A stretch of DNA of 63,229 nucleotides, the filler included, from Klebsormidium nitens (taxonomy: Eukaryota; Plantae; Klebsormidiophyceae): the NCBI GenBank assembly GCA_000708835.1. It is 5 parts of 5 records of this genome, joined end to end, with 100 filler letters (N's around TTAATTAATTAA, not from the genome) between each part and the next. Parts side by side here need not be neighbours in the genome. Positions count along the whole stretch, not along the records: positions 28,138 to 46,235 come from DF237806.1; positions 46,336 to 56,617 come from DF238222.1; 3 more parts are not named here. One strand, 5' to 3'. Under the pieces are notes generated by a model. It saw only the letters and a program-made list of their open reading frames with translations. It did no database searches and had not been told where the DNA came from. Every line of letters starts with the position of its first letter. Positions within the stretch are counted from its first letter, which is position 1. The translations under genes and the position numbers were made by a program. Positions 37,701-49,214 of the stretch are shown piece after piece.

Positions 37701-38469
37701 CGCAGGGGCAGAGCCACCGGCGGCTGTTGGACTCGTCGACGGTTCAGCTGTGCACTAAGGTGGGTGGGATGGCGGGAATGGTTGTATCCAAGTGCGTTTT
37801 AAGGTCTGCTTGATACAGGTGGTGTGTCTTCTTCTTGCTGAATTTCCAATTTGTGTGATAAGCATACCTCTGCCACGGAGTTTTCGCATTGGCTTTTTTA
37901 TTTAACCGTTGGTGGGCAGGTCATAAGGGGGCCGGTTAAGAGGTCTGGCTTCATGGGTTACTTGTTGAAAATACGGCAGAAGGTTACCTTTCATTGGTCT
38001 CATGCTGTTGCTTAATAGAACCGTTAGAGCCGTCCTACGGTTGCTTTTCAGCACTCGTTCCTCTGCAAATGGACCCAGAATTACCACTTTTCAAATTGAG
38101 GCAGGCGATAAAAAAGGGAAAGAATCTGACCCCATTCCGGCGCCAACTTTCTTTCACCAGGTCGTCACCGAGTGGACCGAAGGCGACGGCACCCAGGTCG
38201 CGCAGTACCAGCTGAACCTGATCAACAGTGGGAACGCGCCTCTAACCGGCATAACCATGGGCCTGACCAACTTTAACCCGTGGTACAACCAGTACTGGAA
38301 GTTTGATTACAACAACTCGACTCAGACCGCAACTCTGCCTGATTGGCAAGTGGCGCTCGCGAGCGGCCAGACCTTCAATTTTGGGTACATTCAGGCGGGC
38401 GCGAGCGGGGCAACTTTCTCGATACAGGACGTGCAGTTTGCGGCGTTGGCAAAGAGGCGCTCCCGTTAG
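34713..38469 (+). CDS. Secreted expansin (DPBB + CBM63) with Pro/Thr linker and C-terminal CBM49-like domain, about 526 aa
   Basis: Exons 34713-34869, 35244-35374, 35922-36097, 36489-36729, 37193-37759, 38161-38469 (1581 nt, in phase). Signal peptide; ATFYG, GNCGY, GAGCGACYKVKC, TITDFCP, HFDL, NPYW..ENVGGAG, CIPANWVPNTEY. The tail VTEWTEG..AQYQLNLINSG..LPDW..ALASGQTFNFGYIQ fits the CBM49 pattern. Confidence 0.9.
37409..37561 (+). repeat. 51-bp coding tandem repeat x3 (PTDAQTAAPTNPPQTPS) in the expansin linker
   Basis: Units start at 37409, 37460 and 37511. Confidence 0.9.
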
Positions 38470-39269
38470 ATGTGGCGTTTACTAGTGGGCGGGGAACGAG
38501 TAGGAGACCTGTTGCAGAGACTGAGTAGAAAACAACGCTGTACAATACTCCAGAAATGCCGATCGAGCCAACTGTCCTGTCAAAATGACGCTTTATAACC
38601 TAGCATCAAATCTAAAGTATAGCAATCGGAACAGCACCTAAGGTATTTGAGGACAGTATGGAAATTGAGTGCATCAGAACCTTGGCCTCGATGGACCCTG
38701 TAGTTCATCTCGATCGTACTGCTTGACTTGTTGTCTTAGGTTGCCAAACAAGGTCAACGCATAGTCCTAGTTACAACGCATAATCCTCGTTACATGCTTG
38801 GCCCAATCTGAACAAAGAGCTTTACGTATGCATGCAGCATAGCCGCGTGCCAATACTATCGGTCCAGCATTCCAAAGTTTTGCGCTGTAAACGATCACAA
38901 ATACGTCAACAAACTGCAACAACACACCACGCGTCTCTTCAGGTAACGATTGAGTAGAGACGTCTCTACTTCGTCTTTCGTACCGTCCTTAAATCTAAAT
39001 CATCTTCATTTAGTGACCATGGCCCGGCCTTGAACAAGCTCCCACACGCTGATGTTGCTCAAGACCCTGAAATAGAATATGCGCAGCAGTCATGAGTGGA
39101 CCGTTCCACTACCGTACGTTTGCATCTCCTGCCGGCAAATTCTGAAGCGGCGGCCCACTGTACACTACCGTACTCTCGATTCACGCTTCATATGCACCTC
39201 TTGTGACACTTCAACAAATCCCCCCCCCCAGTCTTATATTTACTACCTATGCGCCCGGGTTTCTAGCGA

Positions 39270-42200
39270 TCAAGGCACCCCCCATCTCGCAAACGAGGGG
39301 GGGCCGCTCGCCAGCTTGGTCCCTGCGGAAGTCTGCCCCCCCGGTGCGGGGAGGCGCAGCGCCCGGCATACGTCGTTGCACTTGTGCGAGTTGAAGAAGA
39401 GGCCGAAGCCCTGCTTCCCCAGGTTGGTCCGGCTGAACCGCAGGACGTCCGTACAGTGGATCGCCGGGTCGCTCAGCAAGAACACCGGCTGCCCGTCCGG
39501 GCCCGAAGTGCGGACGCCCTGAAAGGAAAGCACTAGGAGAGATTCATGAGGCGTCTCCTCGTGATATATCCGACCCGGGTGCTATTCAGAGTGCTTGGTT
39601 GGGATTTGCTCTTGTTCCAAAGGGATCGCCGACTTTCGACCGTTCGAGTGAGCGAGACACCTTCACCGCCCTGGGCAGAAGGGGCAAAGTGCGCATTTCC
39701 GGAGCGAACGGTGGTAGTCTTCGTCCACTGATGGAGCAACGGTTTTTGCACGCAAAGAGTGCATTTTTAGCGAATGTCCATGCCAACTCTGAAGGACTCG
39801 AAGTTGGACCAAGGACGGGCAGAGAGTCTGGCGAGAACCTTAATTTATCATAGGCTTTCTCGTATGTGAATCTGATCGTGAACACTGTATACGCAGAGGG
39901 TAGTATATGTCCGTAACGACCTTCGGCTGGAGACAAACTGGCTGGGAACTTTCGTGCAGGGCGCTGATCCTCAGCCCCTTCGCCTTCATCTTTCCAAAAT
40001 GTATAGAACTGAGAGCCAAGAACAAGTCCCAGAACACATGAAAGTCAAGAAAAATAATAGTAAGCCCAGATAATAGTAAGGTAACCGCACTGTGACGGGT
40101 AGGGTTAGTATAGTGGTCAGGGTGGGTACGGCTGCGGAGCGGGTATTTCATTTAAGGTTGGGATTTTTAGTGTTAGTCGAGGCTTACTATTATCTTGGCT
40201 TACTATTACCTTGGCTTACTATTATCTTTCTTGAGAGTTATCCAGAACACAGCAGTTGACAGGAAGCTCGAGGATGGGTCTTACCTGCAGGTCGGTGACC
40301 ATAAGCAGGCCCCGGGACACGTGGAAGGTCCAGTGGGAGAACGCGTGGAGCGTTGCCCGGTACTCGGGCGTGTTCACGTAGCCCGCGTTGCTGCTATACT
40401 TGATCCAAGCCCCGGTCAGCAGCGGCTCCTTGGTGTAGTACTTCTTGCTGCAATATAGTAGATACGAGGAGCGTCGTTTGGAGATTCAGCTGCCGGGGCC
40501 TCACAACGTGAGACGACGTGCCAGAAAATCAATCGGGCTAGCTGCTTCTAAAGAAAGAAGCTTCGTTACGTTCCAGACTGTTCTGGTCCAGGAGTCTATG
40601 TTGTGATGGAACAAACCTTTCTTGAAAAATGGTTGCCATCAAACAGATCGTGCGTCCGGGACATTCAGGGATTCTCACTGACTTTCTTCTTGCACATTGG
40701 CCTTGATTTGCTGACGTTTGAGCGCTGCAACACGACCGGCATCCCACGAATGCACAGCAATGATTGGAAAACGATTGGCGAAGATCAAATGGGAGCCCTG
40801 TCCTTCTTTTCTGGCTGGAAACTGGTCGCAATCTGTTTAGTGATTGGATACGCTTCTTCGAACCAACTGACCATTACTTCATCCTTGGCAGAATTTACTT
40901 TGAGGGCATCCTAAACGTCGCACGGGAGATTCTCCCCCGCCCTCACCTGCCGCCGTGTTCCACCTCGAGCATCGTCACCTCCGCAAAGGACACCTTCCGC
41001 GGAAAGCGGAGTTCCGCGATCCGCGCCGTGAATTCCGCCGCCAGCTGCGCCGACACCGTCTGTATCTCCATCTGCTGCAGATACCGCTCCCTGGAGTGAG
41101 TCCGTGCTGGGCTGTCGCCGGACGGCTGCTTGAACCGCTTGACCACGAAGACGTCATCGCCCACGTCAGCACGTGTCCTGCTGACGTCAGCGCTCACGGC
41201 GTAGTACGGCCAGCGCATGGCGCCGTCGTTCGAGAACGGGTTCGGGCCGAACTTGAGGGTCGCGGTTCGGACGGGCTCCGTCTCGAAGAGCTCGCGATCG
41301 ATGATTCGCTGAAAAGTCGCCTCCAGAGAGCTTTCTTGTCTGCAGAATGAAAGATACGGTCATGATTATCGGGGGACCGCTTGAAAAATCTGGGCAAAAC
41401 AGATCTTCGACGGTAAAATTTCTGGGCAAACCAGGTTGTCGATGATGAAAGGCAGGCATGATGCGGGGTGAGAAATCATTCATTGCGCTCCAGATTGCTT
41501 TCGAAAGCAATAACCAGAAAACTTTGCAACCGCGGAGTTTGGACCGAAGCGTTCCGACTTGCTTTTGTATACGGTAAAATCTGAGCCGAGAAACTCATTT
41601 GTGTGTCGAGGTGCAACCGGAGAATGCACTCCGAAATATCTCCCGGTCAATCTTCTCCCCCGGCCAGACCTCACTTGTACTTCAGCTCCCGCGCAGCGTA
41701 GCTCCGGTGCAAGAACCCCCAGTTGGGCACTCGGGAGACCACCACCTCCGGCACAAACTTTGGCGCCGGCCCGCCCCTCCCGACTGTCGATAGCGTCTTG
41801 CTGATCGTCTCCCGGGACAGAAGCACCACCTTATGGACTATGCTCTGCAGGTGTGAAAAAGTCTCGTCCTGGAGCCAGTCCTCCCCGGGGGATCCCCCCG
41901 GCCCGTCCGCCAGGCGCTTGAAAACGGCCACCATCTGCTGGGTCGTGTCGTTGAGGTGGCAGAAGAAGTAGGTGGACACGTGGCAGTCGGCGCGGAGGGT
42001 TTGCAGGAGCGCGGCCGCGCTCCGGCCGCGCGTGTCGCCGCCCGGGTAGTTGTCGGACAGTCCGGAGTGGAAGTCGGTGCCGTGGCAGGGGGCGTCCGCA
42101 ATGTGAACCAAAAGGCGGCCTGCAGGGAGAGAACAAAAGCATATATTTGTTCTATTTAAGTCGTTTTAAAGAGAAGAATGCAATCTACTTCGCACTCGGT

Positions 42201-43911
42201 GTTGAAAAACGGCGTCTAATGTAAAGATGAAGCTCGATGTCAAAGAAGTTTCATGGGCTCATCTTCCGAGCGCCGCTTTCTGAAGTCCACTCTCTCCTGC
42301 AAGCTTAAAACCAGGTAAGCGCCCTTCGCGTCGGACCAGACTCCGTGGTTAAGACGAACTTGACACGGCTTCTCTCAAAAGTACCTTGCAGTCAGTGCCG
42401 TGTTAGAATGCAGCCATGGAAGCATTTCCAACGCGACAAAAGGCTAATATCTGGACTAATCTGCTGAAACGAAGTGATATGTTTTCCGAGTAGGCAGGAG
42501 TAAGTTCAGAAGTAACTGCGCTTTTCCAAATCGAGCTCGACGCCACAGAAGCGTTCAAAACGCACTTTTGAGGATGCAAAACATTTCGATGTTGTAACAA
42601 GCGAGTCCATAAATTCACCTTGCGCGCGCCACCCCAGCGCGGCCGCTCTTTCCAGCCCCGTGAACACGTCCTCAGGCGCGTCGTCGCCCCCCATCGCGCG
42701 CACGCGCGCGAGCGCCGTGACGAAAGCGCTGCCGTCAGCCACGAAGTCCGGGGTGAAGTCGATGACGTCAGTCTCCTCGCCGTAGTCGCGGTAGCCGACG
42801 AACGCGACGCGCAGCACGGCCGCGGGGTACGCCTCCTGGATGCCGCGCACCAGCGTGCGCGCCTCGCGCTTTACCAGCTCAATGGACGCCTAAGGAAGAA
42901 GGTATTCGTCAGAAGCAGAGTTCGAGAGAGAATGGTCCGGGGTGCGCTTGGGAAAGATCGTAACATGTTGGGATTGGGGTCACAGCAGAAACGATTGCTG
43001 AACGTTTGCGAGGGCTCTCCAATCCTCCCACTTTTGCGAAAGGGTTGCAGACTTCCTTGAAGATTTTGTAAGAAGAAAACGAGAGAGAATTGAGGTGGCG
43101 ACTCAAAGTGCCAGGCACCTGAATAACGGAAAAAGACGTGACTTTACCATAGGCTTCAAGTCTCAGAATCGCTCTCTCTGCGGTGTCTGCTTGCGGTCGC
43201 AAAGGGGATAGTCTGCCGCATTCAAAGAGGCAGAGTACAGAGATCTCTACCGAATAGATTTCGTCGAACCTTTTTAGTCTTACCCCCATGCTTCCAGTGC
43301 AGTCGACCAGAAACGCGACGTCGAGCTCCTGTGCCTTGAGCACCAGCGTCTTGATTTCCACTTTCCGCTCGACCGATTCCGCCCGCCACTTCTCCTCGTA
43401 GAAGCCCAGCTTCCGCTCGCGTTCCGCCCCTGGAGATGGAGTCCCGCGCCATTTTCTCCTTCAACCGGTTTAGCTCCAACCGGGTCGCCGAAGACGTCAC
43501 AGGCGCCCGGTGATCGGAGCCCCGGGCGGTTCCGGGCGACCCCGAACCGCTCGCGCCGGCGCCCATGTCGCCCAGCTTCGCACGGAGGCGCTCCAGCTCC
43601 AGGCGCGTCGCCGAGGATGTGACGTCAGCGCGTCCGGGGAACTCCGGGGCGCTCGGCGAAAATTCACCGGGCGCGTCCTCCAGCTTCTTTTTCGGCCGGG
43701 CGGTCTCCTGGCGCCCGGTTGAAGCCGACTTGCGCCGCTCCATGTCCTCCACCAGGCGGGTGAAGTCCTGCCGGGACTTGGATGACGTCACGGGAGGAGT
43801 GCGCGCGTCAAAAATGGAGAGCGGCCGCGAGCTCTCCCGGGAGTCCTTCTCCCCGGTCGGGTCCTCCGGCACTGGGCCCAGCTTCCGGCCGCGGTGGTCG
43901 GGTGACGTCAT
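39270..43911 (-). CDS. VWA domain + alpha-kinase (eEF2K/MHCK-type; VwkA-like architecture), about 715 aa, one frameshift
   Basis: Exons 43911-43284 (one extra base near 43443-43455), 42889-42619, 42119-41675, 41339-40947, 40447-40285, 39518-39270. VWA: LDVAFLVDCTGSM, VAFVGYRDY, GGDDAPEDV, HIADAPCHG. Kinase: GAMR, VVKRF, KEPLL..WIKYSSNAG, AFSHWT, MVTDLQG, LSDPAIH, TNLG, HKCNDVC. Confidence 0.9.
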
Positions 43912-46235
43912 GCTGTCTGCCTCGCTTCAGGCGTGGGTGGTGACTGCCTGGAGAACGAAGAATTCTCCAGGGTTTTCAGGGGGGGGGGAATGGCTCTCGG
44001 TTCTTTCTCAAGGATGTTGAGGTGTCCGTCTTGCAGACCTCATCACAGCCTGTATGTGACAACTTGAAAGGTCTGCTTTGCGTTAACACAGATTGAAAAA
44101 GAGTTCTCCCTTGCACGTTTGTTATGTTGCAGATCTCTGAAGAGGTTGCAGAAAATGGACTTCCAAGAAAGAATCAGGGGCCGGGCTTTACAAAGTCTCT
44201 TTCGTCAAGCTGAGAATCTGTTATCAGTGAAAAGGGCTGGCCAGGATCACCATGCTCATGTGACATACCTATACACTGTTCCAATCAGCTTGACTGTCGC
44301 AGGTCAAATTCGCCTTGTTTGAACATTGAGTAGAAGGGATTCTTCCCACGAAAGAAACTCATGAGGCTGCAGATGCCCTTAATCATAACATGGCTCCAAC
44401 ATGATCATGAGAAGATGACTTACCCTGAGCTGGGTAGGCAGAAGCGCTGAAGAATCAGGTATAAGAAGTGCCACGAAACTCTTTAAAACGCTACCAGGAT
44501 CTGGGCGACTCGAAAACGCAACCAAAGGGGATCCTGCTTAACAGAGTGAGATACCGCGAGAGTTTCTTTCTTGCAGAACGTTTTGACTCATTCTAGTGAG
44601 GTCTAATGAAGCTCTGAGAGAAGAGTCGGCTTCAGAAAAGCCGGTGCGTGACTGGCACCTTGAAATTCATCCTCTTGAACGAAAAGAGCCCGAAGAACAA
44701 GAAGCTCACTTGGCTTTCGCTTGCCAAGAAACTTCTGCTGGCTTTCCTTCCTTATGAATCGGCAAATTGTGGGGGATTGACGACCATGTCACGAACCTAT
44801 GATTAGCGCCCACATGGGACGATTGGGATCAGTCGGAGCGTGTCGGCTATACGGTTCCTTTCCCGCTTTCTCCTCGAGATGTGACCAGCAAAGCAGAACC
44901 GGGTCGATCAAGAAGGTTCAGAATCGGGAACTCCTCTTCCACTGGTACGATCACCCAATTGAAGATTCTTTTGACGTGACTGAAAGGGGTGGGAAATTCG
45001 CAACCGGAGGCGGCGCTCATTCAGCGGAATTGAAACGGCCAGAACATGATTTTCGGAATCGAAAATGGAAAGGGAATCCACTAACCTACAGTCGTGACAA
45101 CGCAAGCTGTCACGTCATACAGCGGAGCCCGATACTATCAGATTCCAGCACTCCTTGCTTGTGCAGTGTGCATACGCGCCGAACGAGGTCCCGAATGCAC
45201 TGCCGGCCGGCTGATAAAGCAGATCTCGCATCGTGTTGGTGGGCGGTTGAGCGAGCCTTTTCCGAAGTTCGATTGAGTCACTCGTGTCAGCAAAGCGCCG
45301 TGAAGCGCTTACGGGGTCTCTGATAAGGCAGTCCGGAATTATTAATTTGTGACAACAGATTGGGGTGGCAGGCTAGGGCTGATGCTGCCAATTTGCCAGA
45401 GCGTGCGGGGGGACGGAGAATCACTGTTGTGATTTTGAGACCAAGGCCGAGGATGCTGTTGGAAGGGATGACCGCGTGTTGGGGTTTTAAGGTTTTTAAG
45501 AGCAAATTCAGGCTTATCTCCAAACCGGACGAGACAAATCTTCCCCAGGGTTTGGCTTATAAGTTTACTCTGCCTCGTTAAAAAAGATTCAACAGCTTTG
45601 CCGGTCCTAGACTCATGATTCACTTCGACCCCGCTCTGCCAAAAGCCAGCGGCGTGTCCTCTCTTATGCCTTTGTCGGTGTGATTTGAGTCACCAATAGT
45701 TACAAAACCGACTTATATGTGCAAATGGATGATCCGAAGTCTGATCTTTCCTGCCCAGACGCCGATCGTTGAGACCTCAAGAGTAACTAAATCAGTCACG
45801 CCTGCGATAATTGCTCTATTTCAATCAAGTCACAAGTACCGTAACACCCGAATCTAGGGAGTGGATCCTCGCGAAGGTCGCCTCAAACTCGTGGGGTTCC
45901 AGAACCGGGTCAACGAAACCCACTCTCTGGAAGTGCCCGGGGAGGTGAAGAAAGCTAGGTGTGCATCATGGTGTTGACACGCTCTCTTCTTCGGAACGGG
46001 ACTTCTCATCCTTTGAGGCTCTTTGTATGTGCATATGGTCGTCCAAAATCCGACTGGAAGCACTTTCCTGTACAAGAACACTGACTTGAGAAGCGTCCGT
46101 AACCGGTTCTCATCTGCAGGCCGGTTCTGTCGTATCAGGAACAGAAAGGGCAGATTACGGCCAAACGAAGTTCGTCCTTGATCCACGGACTCCTCTCGAC
46201 TGTTTCTGTTCCTGAATGAGCTCGATATGATAATA

Positions 46236-46335
46236 NNNNNNNNNNNNNNNNNNNNNNNNNNNNNNNNNNNNNNNNNNNNTTAATTAATTAANNNNNNNNN
46301 NNNNNNNNNNNNNNNNNNNNNNNNNNNNNNNNNNN
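46236..46335. other. Assembly gap (100 nt) with TTAATTAATTAA linker
   Basis: N run with central linker. Confidence 0.98.
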
Positions 46336-46491
46336 TCACAGATAGACAAGACCAGGTCGAGTCATCTGGATAGAACGCCGTACATCAACGGTCTCACAGC
46401 GCGCCGTTAAGACGTAACCGCTGTCGTTTCGCTAACAGGCAGCTAACGAAATCCTGACGAGAACGAGGTTAGGCTTAACCAGACGTAATCG

Positions 46492-46893
46492 TCACAGCAA
46501 CTGGCAGACTAACCCACCCTTCGGAACTGTCAGCACAACACGAAAATCCTTCAACAACGGCAAAGCAATAGGCATGCTATCACGTACCAACACACAAGCA
46601 GACGTCGAAGTAGGGCAATCAACAAACGCTGAGTACAAATGCCTAAAACGTTCAGTCACATCCTTAGACGTACTCGCGTTTATCCAAACATGCTTGCCTA
46701 CCATAGACGATGTCAGAAAAGCTGAAATAGGACACACATCTGTAGAGATGGACTCTTTTGAACGTTGAACTCCCATTCCAAATATACGACCAGTAACATT
46801 TGAAATGTTCAGGAAGTCCTGTTCTGTCAGATCCAATACAGAGTTTTCCTGACTTGACATCGGTCCTACGTTGGCTAGTCTTTCTGAAAACCC
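46492..46893 (-). pseudogene. N-terminal pol domain in the -1 frame from gag; resembles a degenerate Dam-type N6-adenine methyltransferase
   Basis: Open frame containing SAFLTSSMVGKHVWINAST...CPTSTSACVLVR...TVPKG. The pattern matches VWxNPPF / TSAxxLVP / PxG as I recall it, but the catalytic motif is altered. Confidence 0.45.
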
Positions 46894-48405
46894 TTCTCGG
46901 ACTTCGTGTTGCCCTTTTTCTGGCCTTGGCCTTTGCCTTTGTTCCCATTAAGAGGACCCTCCTCGCAGTCACGTGCAATATGGCATGGCTTGTGACAAAT
47001 ATGGTACAGGCGGTTCTCCATATCGTTGGCATACTGCTCATCGGTAAGAGCTGCCGACAACTTGGCTTTGGACGAACGTCCAGAACCACCTCCACCAGAT
47101 GACTTGCGCTTTCCAGCCAACAACTTGGCGGGCTGAGAAGACTTGCACTTAGCTAGTCGTGCCTCCACAGTAGGCCACATCAAAGTTGCGTAGTTCCCAA
47201 GCGCGTTGAGTGTAGCCCAACGTTCACCCGTAGGGGGCGTACGGCACATCTCCTTGATGTCAGGCCGAAGTCCAGCTCGACACCTCTCGATCTTGACAGC
47301 CTCGTCAGTACTCTCCTCACGAGGTTTTTTTTTTTTTTTTTTTTTTGACATAGCCTGGTTAAACTCGACGTTATACTCGTCCAAGCTCTTGGATCCCTGG
47401 GACAACTTGTTCCAGGTATTCCAATAAGACTAAATGGGGGTACGCAAACCATAGCCCCTGATCATAGTTTCACGGGAGAACTGACGAGCATTCCCAGCAA
47501 ACGGACCGTGAATAGCTGCATCCCCAGGATACGCTCCAGGGTTCGCTGCCTGCCATGCCTCCCACGTCGACATCGAGAAGGACCTCGGCTTACCATTAAG
47601 GTAGGAAGACGCAATACGCACATACTCTGCATTGGGGGTATTCACCAAATACTCCTCAATCATAGGCAACCACTGACGAATGTCAGGACCACTCGCCTTG
47701 TTCTCGAACTTCGAGGGAGCAGGGCCCTGGCTACTGCGTTAGCATTCGCAGCAGCGATCTGGTTCTGGGCCTGACCCAATGCGTTGTTCAGACGTGCAAA
47801 ACGATTAGCATTGCGCTCGTCACGATGAGTCAACACAACCATAGTCACTGAAGCATTGCCAGCCCCAACAGCTAGCGTCTCCGCTGCAATCCTCTCAGCC
47901 CTAGTGCCAAGAGCCTGCCAATACGCCTCAAACTGAGCACCCGTGCACGTCGCAAAGTTAGGCGCAGCAGGTGGTGCAGCAGCGGCAGCAGCCATCGTGA
48001 TGCATAACTCAACAGACTCAACAGATTGTGCTCTAACACTTCTCCTCACAAGAGTAACGTAAACCGACTGAGAGCTAGAACCAGCAACCTGACTGTAAGT
48101 AGGAGCAAGCTCAACACTCTCAGACGGCAAAACAGGAACACTTTCCCAATCCTCAGAAATAGCAGACTTGCTTTCCTGGTTCCCAAAAACCTGCTCCTTC
48201 CCCTTGCTTGCAGGAGTAAACGCAGGGGCCTCCGGGCTCAATGCACTGGTGGAAGGCTTCGCAACCTCCCTTTCAGAGCTCTTCTCCAACCTCAACTCCG
48301 AGATACTACAACACAGATCCGTAATTCTGTCGAGGTAAGACGAAAGGCGCTCGTCGTCCGACATGGACCCACTTCCAATTTCTGCAAAGAGACCAAAACT
48401 TTGCC

Positions 48406-48416
48406 CTCTGATACCA
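48406..48416 (-). promoter_or_regulatory. Primer-binding site complementary to tRNA-iMet
   Basis: Minus strand TGGTATCAGAG, one base after the LTR end ...CCGTCACA. Confidence 0.9.
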
Positions 48417-48417
48417 T

Positions 48418-48896
48418 TGTGACGGTTGGCCAGCTTAAGCGAAGCGCTGGCAGGATAACTAGACACACATACGGCAGCCATGTGCGGAAACCATGGTTGC
48501 AGGCATTCTCGGATGGAGGCGTTTGCTCCACTTTGTGTTCAGCCAAGTCTTGGATCGGGGAGAGGCTGCTTCGGGAAGTGCCCTCAAGCATCTCGCGTCC
48601 GGTCATGTCCAGGACAGCTTACTTACTGGGACTGTATACTACGACCACATCCATGGACCATGCCAAGCAATCCTGGACATGCCATAGTCTTGCAAGATCA
48701 TGCAGTCACGTCATTGACTCAGCATTCTAATCTTGCACTCTACGAACTATTCGCTGGCGTAATCAATCAAGCTTGCATTAACTACGTCACATCAATACTG
48801 TGCTCATACGCCTCAACCCGGCGTACGCGCGCACCCGAAGGTTAATTTACTGGTGACGATGTGCTGTTAGACTTTAACCATAGCCCATCCGTCACA
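48418..48896 (-). repeat. 5' LTR (about 479 bp) of the Gypsy element
   Basis: 8-bp terminal inverted repeat TGTGACGG (48418) / CCGTCACA (48889-48896), adjacent to the PBS. The second LTR is not seen; an alternative end is CGTCACA at 48791. Confidence 0.7.
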
Positions 48897-49214
48897 TTAA
48901 GATCTGTAAATTGCTAACATTCATTGTCTACAAGCGTTCTAACATTGGCAGCAATCTGCGCAAATTTTCATCAAGGGGTTCGCAATCGTCCTTGGGATTT
49001 TTTTTACTATGCGGCCTCCGTTATCTTGAATTTGCTTTAATAGGCTGCTCGAAAAAGTGGGTTGAGACATTGGAGGCTTTTTGCGCTCACGGTGTCAGTG
49101 GTCCGAAGCGAAAATTCGGCCGTCCGATCGCTCATCGGACGGTCCGATCGCAAATTCTCGATACCATCCAATTTACCAAGGACGGGTTGTAAACTCCCCC
49201 GGAGGGGAGGATAG

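Larger units (their letters stand above)
46336..48896 (-). mobile_element. Ty3/Gypsy LTR retrotransposon, 5' part (LTR, PBS, decayed gag, start of pol), truncated by the gap
   Basis: LTR termini, iMet PBS, gag capsid-like IRQWLPMIEEYL..ASSYLNG, damaged zinc knuckle HICHKPCHIARDC, and a -1 gag-pol overlap. Confidence 0.85.

Noticed and set aside
596-43911. The five host genes as a functional cluster (wall remodelling plus export)
   Set aside because: Mixed orientations and no shared regulatory motif seen; adjacency alone is not evidence in a compact eukaryotic genome.
45841-46235. 3' LTR of the minus-strand Gypsy element
   Set aside because: It starts GTAACACCC like some LTRs but lacks the terminal T and shows no similarity to 48418-48896.
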